Shown piece by piece: positions 1-6,431 of a stretch of DNA of 14,184 nucleotides. The stretch comes from an uncultured Candidatus Bathyarchaeia archaeon (GTDB lineage Archaea; Thermoproteota; Bathyarchaeia; Bathyarchaeales; B26-1): NCBI GenBank assembly GCA_964499825.1, contig CAZCOP010000036.1, forward strand, positions 1-14,184. The letters are read 5' to 3'. The translations under genes were made by a program, and so were the position numbers. Under the pieces are notes generated by a model. It did no database searches. It was not told where the DNA came from and saw only the letters and a list, made by a program, of their open reading frames with translations. Within the stretch, counting starts at the first letter, position 1, and each line of letters starts with the position of its first letter.

Positions 1-282
1 ACTTCAAACGATCTTAACTGGACTCTCAGGGAAATCCCAAGCCGAGTGGCAGGCTTACCAGGCTACTGGCTTGTCGCTCCATCACAGGTCATGAGGTGGC
101 ATGACGTGTTCTGGATTGACGCCCCCAAGCAAGCTGGATTCTGCCTAATATGGGACGGTGACCACACAATCGTCTGCGGCATCCTGCTGAGCAAATTTGA
201 TTGGACAAGAGAAGAAGCTGAGGGCCTCCTGACAAATCTAAAGAAAACCAAGGGAATTGAAGGCGTATCACCCTCAGCTTGA
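1..282 (+). CDS. Hypothetical protein, C-terminal fragment (frame is open to the left window edge; the listed GTG at 46 is probably internal)
   Basis: The frame containing 46..282 has no stop back to nt 1 (TSNDLNWTLREIPSRVAGLPGYW...). Codons look coding-like. The two antisense ORFs (63..338, 89..307) are Arg/Ser-rich shadow-type. No family recognised. Confidence 0.4.
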   Translation, partial: TSNDLNWTLREIPSRVAGLPGYWLVAPSQVMRWHDVFWIDAPKQAGFCLIWDGDHTIVCGILLSKFDWTREEAEGLLTNLKKTKGIEGVSPSA

Positions 283-460
283 AGGCGTTGTTTTCCCATG
301 TATGCATGTTGCGTTAAGATGGAGCCTATTTGTGGCACAATATTAGACGGTAATCAGCCTTCTTGTCCCACGGAGCCGCCTTCCGAACCTGTATGCGCGC
401 GAAAAGTTGAAGGGAGAAGTCGGCGGAGTGAAAGACAAACACATAGTTTCAACCATAGCC

Positions 461-769
461 ATGATGGAGGAAGAACTTACTGGAGAGAAGAAATCAGAAG
501 ATGCTATCTACAAATATCTACAAATTGTTGAAGAACTTCCAGATGAAGTAAAGACCAAAATTGGAAACGTTTCTAATTTTGGGGTTGGTCACGCTATTCA
601 ACTTCTCCGTTTGAAGGATAAGCCGGACAAGCAGCTTGAGCTTGTTGAAGAGTTTCTGGAAAGCGTCGCGAAGGGGAAGCCCATGCTCTTCGCGCTTGCA
701 GTTACTACTACATACTTTGCGAGAAAATCCCGCATCTATGGAGGTAAGAGCCTCAGGGAGCCTAATTGA
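461..769 (+). CDS. Small stand-alone ParB/Spo0J-like helix-turn-helix DNA-binding protein
   Basis: The segment YLQIVEELPDEVKTKIGNVSNFGVGHAIQLLRLKDKPDKQLELVEEF resembles the ParB central HTH region (pattern LP.ev...i..g.ls.GHar.LL.L.d...q..l). The N-terminal ParB (CTPase) domain and the C-terminal dimerisation domain are absent. The start is uncertain: ATG 461, GTG 428 or TTG 407 as in the track. Confidence 0.5.
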   Translation: MMEEELTGEKKSEDAIYKYLQIVEELPDEVKTKIGNVSNFGVGHAIQLLRLKDKPDKQLELVEEFLESVAKGKPMLFALAVTTTYFARKSRIYGGKSLREPN

Positions 770-853
770 AACCTTATACTTAATCTTCCGAAGAAAGCCT
801 CTCCTTTAGCGATATTATTTTGGAGGCGGCTTCTGGTGGCATATCTCTAAAAA

Positions 854-862
854 CATAAATAA
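854..862 (+). promoter_or_regulatory. TATA-like box upstream of the nitroreductase/cofD unit
   Basis: CATAAATAA lies 35-43 nt upstream of ATG 897 in an A/T-rich spacer. This is a position and composition argument only. Confidence 0.25.
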
Positions 863-896
863 TGGCGGTGAATTAGTTGATTTAAGGGCTGCCTTT

Positions 897-1520
897 ATGT
901 CTCTTGGGATTTTTTGTTTGATTAAGGGTCGACGTAGCGTCAGGAAGTATTCGCTTAGGGAAGTTCCGATGGATATTCTCTTTAGAGTTTTGGAGGCGGC
1001 TAGGTGGGCTCCTTCAGCCCATAATGCCCAGCCGTGGAGGTTCATAGTTATAACGGATAGATCTTTGAAGAGGAAGCTGGCGGAGCGGATGGCGGATGAG
1101 TGGGTTAAGGACATGATTGGAGATGGGGTTCCACGTGATACCCGAGAAAAACTTGCTGAGGCCTCGATAAAACGGTTTACCGATGCGCCCATACTTATAG
1201 TTGCATGTGTGACGATGGAGGATATGGATACGTATCCTGATAGGAGGAGGATGAGATGCGAATATGTCATGGCTGTTCAAAGCTTAGCAGCGTCGATCCA
1301 GAACATTCTTTTAGCAGCCTACTCTGAAGGGCTGGGTTCATGCTGGTTCTGTGCACCCCTATTCTGCCAAGACGCCGTCAGAAAGGTTTTGAGGATTCCT
1401 GAGAGCGTAGAGCCTCAAGCTTTGATCACCTTGGGATATCCATCTGAGAAACCCGCTCCTCCACCTAGAAAATCACTTCGAGAGATCGTATACGTTAATC
1501 ATTGGGGTGAAGAGGTGTGA
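897..1520 (+). CDS. Nitroreductase-fold FMN-dependent oxidoreductase (candidate dehydro-F420-0 reductase, FbiB C-terminal-domain-like)
   Basis: Classic nitroreductase N-terminus: RRSVRKYSLREVPMDILFRVLEAARWAPSAHNAQPWRFIVITD. Length of 207 aa fits the family. The stop TGA 1518-1520 overlaps the cofD GTG start at 1517 (GTGA). Confidence 0.9.
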   Translation: MSLGIFCLIKGRRSVRKYSLREVPMDILFRVLEAARWAPSAHNAQPWRFIVITDRSLKRKLAERMADEWVKDMIGDGVPRDTREKLAEASIKRFTDAPILIVACVTMEDMDTYPDRRRMRCEYVMAVQSLAASIQNILLAAYSEGLGSCWFCAPLFCQDAVRKVLRIPESVEPQALITLGYPSEKPAPPPRKSLREIVYVNHWGEEV

Positions 1521-2449
1521 TAGTGGCTCTTGCCGGAGGGGTAGGCGCAGCGAGATTCCTCACAGGACTTGTGAAACTTATTAACGAGGAGGAGTTGACA
1601 GTGATCGTTAATACGGGAGACGATATTGAGCTCTATGGTCTACATATCTCGCCAGATCTTGATATCGTCATGTACACCCTAGCTGGAATAGTCGATGAGG
1701 AGAAGGGGTGGGGGATTAAGGGGGACACATTTCACTGTCTCAGGATGCTGGGCAGGTATGGACATGAAACCTGGTTCAACCTGGGTGATAGAGACCTAGC
1801 CACCCACATATATAGGACGTATCTACTTAAGAGCGGCCTTAAACTCTCTGAGGTTACAGCTGAGATCTGCAGGGCGTTAGGGCTTAAAGTTAAGATCCTA
1901 CCCATGACCGACGACAGGTTCGAGACGAGGATCATAACAGGGGAGGGCTCGATGCACTTCCAAGAGTATCTGGTGAAGAGAGGTGCTAAAGACGAGGTGC
2001 TTGGAGTAGAGTTTGTCGGCGTTGAGGATGCAGAACCAGCCCCCGGCATCCTAAACACAATCTTGAATGCTGAAGGAGTAATCGTCTGCCCCAGCAACCC
2101 AATTGTGAGCATAGGCACAATCCTATCCGTAAAGGGGATAAGGGAAGCGTTAAGGCGGAGTAGAGCCGTGAAGGTAGCGATCACCCCAATAGTCTCTGGG
2201 GCTCCGATTAAGGGACCCGCAGATAAACTGATGAGAGGTTTAGGATTGGAGGTTTCAGCCTACTCCGTAGCAAAACTCTATAAAGACTTCCTCGACGTAT
2301 TTATACTCGACGTTGTCGATCTCGCGGAGAAGACGAGGATAGAGAGGTTAGGGCTGAAAGTCAGGGCTACAAACACGATCATGAAGAGCTTGGAGGACAA
2401 GATCCAACTGGCAAGGGTGGTTCTAGAGGAGATTAGAAAGACAGGCTGA
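1517..2449 (+). CDS. cofD: 2-phospho-L-lactate transferase (LPPG:FO transferase) CofD
   Basis: N-terminal ALAGGVGAARFLTGL and NTGDD motifs, ISPDLD, ~310 aa, typical CofD/FbiA layout. The GTG start at 1517 is preceded by GGGGTGA. An alternative GTG at 1523 is preceded by GAGGTG at 5-nt spacing. Confidence 0.95.
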   Translation: MIVALAGGVGAARFLTGLVKLINEEELTVIVNTGDDIELYGLHISPDLDIVMYTLAGIVDEEKGWGIKGDTFHCLRMLGRYGHETWFNLGDRDLATHIYRTYLLKSGLKLSEVTAEICRALGLKVKILPMTDDRFETRIITGEGSMHFQEYLVKRGAKDEVLGVEFVGVEDAEPAPGILNTILNAEGVIVCPSNPIVSIGTILSVKGIREALRRSRAVKVAITPIVSGAPIKGPADKLMRGLGLEVSAYSVAKLYKDFLDVFILDVVDLAEKTRIERLGLKVRATNTIMKSLEDKIQLARVVLEEIRKTG

Positions 2450-3100
2450 TGACCCCAACTCCCTTAGACGCTTATCCATCCCAATATCCATCAAGAATCT
2501 ATAGCATACTTTTCCTTCTCCAACTTTTAGGAGAGCCTTCAGATCCTGAACGGAGTCTATATCCAAGGACACTCTCGGAGACCGGTAAACCCTCACTGGA
2601 ATCCCCTTCTTCGAGGCCTCGCTGATATGCCTCTTGAAGCTTCCCGATCCAAAACATGTCTTTATAACGCTTGGAGGCTTCAGCATCAGAGCGTTTGTAC
2701 CGCCATCCATAGATGGGGATATAACGACCGAGGCCTCATCTGAGAGACGGGTTATCTCGTTTAGGTCCCCCTCCTCCACCAGAGGGATGTCAGCTGGAAG
2801 GATCAAGACCGCTTCAACCCCCCTCTTCTCACACCAGTTTAAAGCGTATCTAAGGGCACTATTGAGTCCTCCCCCAGGTTCAAGGAGAAAATATGCATCA
2901 AATCTCTCCGCGATGAGACGGACATCATCATCGAAACCTATCACAACCGTTTGATGTAGATGAGAAGACGACGCAGCTCCCAAAACATCTTCCAGCATGG
3001 AGAGAACGAATCTCTCCCTCTCCTCCGGCTTAAAAACTATTGAGAGCCTCCCCTTAGACCTTGAGAGCCTCTTAACAGGAATCAACGCAAACGCCTTCAA
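2423..3100 (-). CDS. cofC: 2-phospho-L-lactate (or PEP) guanylyltransferase CofC
   Basis: N-terminus KAFALIPVKRLSRSKGRLS, a GGTNAL motif and 225 aa fit the MobA-like nucleotidyltransferase fold of CofC/FbiD. TTG start (first start-like codon after an in-frame TAG) with GGAG 2 nt upstream. Adjacent to cofD. Confidence 0.9.
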   Translation of the reverse strand: MKAFALIPVKRLSRSKGRLSIVFKPEERERFVLSMLEDVLGAASSSHLHQTVVIGFDDDVRLIAERFDAYFLLEPGGGLNSALRYALNWCEKRGVEAVLILPADIPLVEEGDLNEITRLSDEASVVISPSMDGGTNALMLKPPSVIKTCFGSGSFKRHISEASKKGIPVRVYRSPRVSLDIDSVQDLKALLKVGEGKVCYRFLMDIGMDKRLRELGSSACLSNLL

Positions 3101-3131
3101 GGCTCCAAGCCTTCCAGCCTACAAAGAACCA

Positions 3132-3139
3132 TTTTAAAG
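3132..3139 (-). promoter_or_regulatory. TATA-like box for cofC
   Basis: The minus strand reads CTTTAAAA 32-39 nt upstream of the TTG start at 3100. Confidence 0.3.
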
Positions 3140-3299
3140 AATAAGAAAAGAGAAATATTTAGGCTTTCATCAAAACCAAAGTTGGGACTTCAAGCGTCTC
3201 TATACATTTTCAAGATGCTCTCACTTCTTCATTTAAACCTTTAATCATATAGCATAAGGCAGTCTATGTGAGAAAAAGGTTAAGTTTAAGATTGGGCTC

Positions 3300-3597
3300 T
3301 TACCTAAGAATTTTGTGGCTAGTGTTTGTGTTGGGTTGTTGACAGGTATATAACTCCTCTCTATGAGCCAGCTCAACCCAAGGATGAGGTTGTGCAAGGC
3401 AAAGAAGAGTAGAAAGAGCATAATCCACCCCTAGGCTAAGGCTAGAATAGTGCAACCATGTCCCAGTCTTGTTGTTGAATGTGCGGCCGCAACCCTTTAC
3501 ATAGGTAGCGCTTAAACCCAAACCTATAGTTCCCATGACCCTTAACACTCCTACAGCCGCACCGAGGACAATAGACACAGCTCCTCCACCTAACCAT
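3300..3597 (-). pseudogene. Frameshifted, truncated zinc-ribbon transposase N-terminal fragment (IS1 InsA / IS1595 / archaeal IS6-type Zn ribbon); no catalytic domain
   Basis: Minus-strand frame A from ATG 3597 reads MVRWRSCVYCPRCGCRSVKGHGNYRFGFKRYLCKG. Skipping one nucleotide, the listed ORF frame continues CGRTFNNKTGTWLHYSSLSL... Together these give CxxC-x17-CxxC followed by GRTF..KTGT, the typical transposase Zn ribbon. The frames switch at TGTAAAGGGTTGCGGCCGC. No DDE domain follows. Confidence 0.5.
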
Positions 3598-3837
3598 CCT
3601 GAAAAGAGTGAGAGCTATCTCTCGTTACGTGGTGTCTTTTGGGGCATTTTCGCAGACTTTGGAGACATTTAGGCTTAATTTGGCATCTACATAAATGTTG
3701 ACTCGCTTCTCATGCTTGACTACTTCATCATCTTCTGATAATTTGACGGCGAAAACTTATCGCAAGATATCGTTCATAACGCGATGAGGACACTAACCAA
3801 GACGAAGAAAATCTATACCCAATAAATCTTGCATCAT

Positions 3838-3843
3838 AAAAAA
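3838..3843 (-). terminator. Oligo-T tract downstream of the protease gene
   Basis: The minus strand reads CTCTCCTTCTCCCTTTTTTAT. The T6 run begins about 19 nt after the TAA stop (3862-3864), consistent with archaeal oligo-T termination. Confidence 0.35.
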
Positions 3844-3861
3844 GGGAGAAGGAGAGCGTTT

Positions 3862-4980
3862 TTACTCTTTAGCGTAATATCCCATATCCCTTGTTGCCCA
3901 GTACTCGTTGCTGTAGTGCCATGCCCAGTATAGCCCTGCGTTATCAGTGGTTAGGTAGCTCATGACGCTGAACGGATCCTCATCATAAATTTCACTCACA
4001 AATCGTCCTCTAACCCTCACCTTCCCTATACCAATAGAATGCCCAAGCTCATGCATCAGAACAACAGCTTCAGCTCCATAAGGCTCTATCCCATTATCGA
4101 TCGACCAATTGTCTGCCGTCTCATCAGCGATGAATATGTAGTTACCGGCCACCAGATCTTTATTCTCTATCTTAACGTAACAGTATCCGACAACTCCTTT
4201 CTGTCCCTCGACACTCGTCCCGAAGAGAACCCACTTCTCCTTAAGCGTATATTCAGCATCACTTCCATCGCCGTCGGCATCGATTCCATCCTGAGCTCTA
4301 TCATTATACACCATTATATCGTTGTACATTTCCTCAATCGCCCAGAAATCGCCATCTGTTATTGCCGTTTCTGGTGTTGGGTCTGTAACTGAGTCATCCA
4401 CATAAACAACCACATAGACACCGCGAGCATAATAGTAACTCTTAATGTATTCTATGACCTCGGCCGTCGGTTCACGTATGTAGTCTATCTCTATGAAGAG
4501 CTCATGCGTAACGGTTACAACAGCTTCAACATCACTAACAACATTTACAGTGATGCTTGTTGTTGCGGTATTGCCGTAAGCATCTGTCGCCTCGGCGGTT
4601 ATCACATAAGTTCCAGACTCTTCTACCACCCAAGGGTAATAGACGTAATAATCACCACTCTTAGTATCCGTTATATCAGTAACGCTTCCATTAATGTCAA
4701 CTTTAACCGTTACTTCCTCACCGGTCGCTTTGACATCAATCGCATGAGTTCCAATCTCCAATATGGAACCATTCTCAGGATAAGCTATGGAAACCGTAAG
4801 CTCTTCAGCCTTCGACGGAGGACCCGCCCAGGGAGGACGCCCCGGTATCCCCCCTCTATCACTAAACTTACATACGCATTGTCCATAAAGAACGTCAACC
4901 GAAATTGATGCAAATATCAAAGACAGTAACAGAGCAATGACTCCCAAAGATAAGGCTTTTACAGGCTCCCTACTCAACAA
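3862..4980 (-). CDS. Secreted or membrane-anchored zinc metalloprotease (metzincin-like HExxH) with an N-terminal Ig-like domain
   Basis: N-terminal hydrophobic segment ALSLGVIALLLSLIFASISV. Ig-like repeat signature (TVSIAYPENGS...GTYVITAEATDAYGNTATTSITVNVV). Asp-rich DGIDADGDGSDAEY. VLMHELGHSIGIG zinc motif followed by FSVMSY (Met-turn-like). TTG start preceded by GGTGG. Confidence 0.8.
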   Translation of the reverse strand: MLSREPVKALSLGVIALLLSLIFASISVDVLYGQCVCKFSDRGGIPGRPPWAGPPSKAEELTVSIAYPENGSILEIGTHAIDVKATGEEVTVKVDINGSVTDITDTKSGDYYVYYPWVVEESGTYVITAEATDAYGNTATTSITVNVVSDVEAVVTVTHELFIEIDYIREPTAEVIEYIKSYYYARGVYVVVYVDDSVTDPTPETAITDGDFWAIEEMYNDIMVYNDRAQDGIDADGDGSDAEYTLKEKWVLFGTSVEGQKGVVGYCYVKIENKDLVAGNYIFIADETADNWSIDNGIEPYGAEAVVLMHELGHSIGIGKVRVRGRFVSEIYDEDPFSVMSYLTTDNAGLYWAWHYSNEYWATRDMGYYAKE

Positions 4981-5011
4981 GAACCACCAACAGTAATGTT
5001 ACAGCGTCACC

Positions 5012-5026
5012 CTTAAATGTTTTTAT
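5012..5026 (-). promoter_or_regulatory. TATA-like boxes upstream of the protease gene
   Basis: The minus strand reads ATAAAAACATTTAAG 32-46 nt upstream of the TTG at 4980. Confidence 0.3.
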
Positions 5027-5055
5027 CCTCTTGGTCATTCCTATCCATTGGGTTT

Positions 5056-5316
5056 CTAATTAGTCTTTTTCTGCGGTATGGCTATTGGGTGGTAGGGCTT
5101 CAGTACGTATATGGATAGAGAAGGCTTCATCGGCCTAACCACTCGAGGCGTCTCATACCAGAACCGCTCACCCTCTTCAAGCTTGAACTCTCCGAAGTGA
5201 AGCCTCAAGTTACGATCCTCCTCTGAACCTCCCTCCGAACCGCTGTGACGAGGTCTCGAAACTCCCTCGGCAGATATAGATTTGGGTTTAGATCCTGTGG
5301 TTGGCATGTTTGGCAT
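5056..5316 (-). CDS. Hypothetical small protein (86 aa), same strand and 75 nt upstream of the protease gene
   Basis: GNN-rich codon periodicity (gag gga ggt tca gag gag gat...) and visibly higher G+C than the surrounding non-coding DNA. No family recognised. The overlapping ORFs 5205..5423(-) and 5245..5427(+) look less protein-like. Confidence 0.4.
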   Translation of the reverse strand: MPNMPTTGSKPKSISAEGVSRPRHSGSEGGSEEDRNLRLHFGEFKLEEGERFWYETPRVVRPMKPSLSIYVLKPYHPIAIPQKKTN

Positions 5317-5337
5317 GGCTGGCAGATGTGGCTACCA
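5302..5337. repeat. Four imperfect 9-bp tandem units starting with TGGC(A)
   Basis: TGGCATGTT / TGGCATGGC / TGGCAGATG / TGGCTACCA, read directly. The repeats overlap the predicted start of the 86-aa ORF, where the minus strand encodes MPNMP. Confidence 0.6.
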
Positions 5338-6033
5338 TATTGTGGTAGGCAAACCTTACATATACAAAGCCTTAAAATATGGTTGACCCGGGGGGAGTGG
5401 CAGGGTATGCTGGGTTCCCCCACATAACGTAAAAAATTACCTATTTAACGTTAATTAATGCTTTGTCGCGTAATCGATGGGTTTATGTTGATTCCATGTT
5501 TCTCCACGAAGGGAGTAACCAGAATTTTTAACACAAAATTGGCAAAATCCAAGAATTATGCAATAAAGCGGTTTTCTATACTTTTGTTATAATTGATGGT
5601 CTGGAAGAAGTTCATGCAAGGAAACACACAGTAGAGGACTATTTACTGAAGGCTATGAAAACTTTCATGAAGAATGTTAAGGGCGTCAAGAAATTTGGAG
5701 ATTCCAAGGATATTTGGTGGATATCTTGAAGCCTCGCGCCACCTAGAAGTTTACAGAATCTTAAAGGAAGAAGCCATATATAATGAAGCACTGATCCTCC
5801 GATGGTTCATGAGACTAAATCTGCAACCATATAGATTAAGAGTGTCAGGACACTACTACCCATACCATCTGAGGACAAAAATGCAGTCAAACCGAGGAGA
5901 TAACATCAATGCACATGTTATATCCAGAACATTTATACATTATGGCAACCTCGGCTTCTTAGTTTAACGGAACCTTTTGATGGTGGCAAGTTTTCGTCTT
6001 AGGGCGTATATACAAGGAGTAGAGTAGGCTGGA

Positions 6034-6088
6034 GTAGCTAACATTTTTATTTTTTAAAGGGTTAGTTTACTATAAAAATGTTAGCTAC
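6034..6088. repeat. Perfect 16-bp inverted repeat (GTAGCTAACATTTTTA / TAAAAATGTTAGCTAC) separated by 23 nt
   Basis: Arms at 6034-6049 and 6073-6088 are exact reverse complements. Related GTTAG(C)T motifs occur in the loop (6061-6067) and just downstream (palindrome TTAGCTAA, 6090-6097). Confidence 0.85.
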
Positions 6089-6431
6089 ATTAGCTAATGT
6101 CAGGGATGACGAGGATTTCGATAGGGTCAATGGATTAAAAGAATTAAGTTTTAAGGATGTCTCTTCTCTGTGCAGGAGAAGAAAACCCAACAGAAATAAC
6201 CTCTTTACACACTGAAATGTAAACCTCAATAACTCCCCTCAATAATTGAGGGTTCAGATGAGAGCGTGAACCCAAATCTCCGACGCCACTATGCTACCCA
6301 TAAGCCCCCAAGGATACTCTTAACTCCCAATTAAGCTCAGAAAAATTATACTCTATAGTCGTCGCCTAATACTTTCCTTCTCATCAGAAAGGTTGATATA
6401 CATCAATCGTGGTGAATAGTTATGACCTGGC

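Noticed and set aside
298-531. 77-aa Cys-rich ORF (MYACCVKMEPICGT...)
   Set aside because: It overlaps the ParB-like ORF in another frame. The second half is Arg/Ser-rich nonsense-like sequence and no metal-binding spacing pattern is recognisable.
5674-5967. 97-aa ORF in the long spacer
   Set aside because: Arg/Leu/Tyr/His-rich composition, A/T-rich codons without periodicity, no SD or TATA at a suitable distance, and no family resemblance.
6250-6300. TPP-riboswitch-like fragments (GAUGAGA, UGAACCC) upstream of the ECF-S-like gene
   Set aside because: The conserved thi-box core (CUGAGA ... ACCUGAUCUGGAUAAUGCCAGCG) is absent. Only short, scattered similarity remains.
6337-6387. Minus-strand C/D-box sRNA-like arrangement: CUGAUGA (plus-strand 6381-6387), 40 nt, then CUGA (6337-6340)
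   Set aside because: There are no credible internal D' and C' boxes and no terminal complementary stem. The spacing alone is easily met by chance in A/T-rich sequence.
5317-6431. Replication origin (A/T-rich unwinding element flanked by ORB repeats)
   Set aside because: There is no orc1/cdc6 gene nearby, and I found no ORB or mini-ORB-like repeats (TCCAGTGGAAAC-type) by eye.
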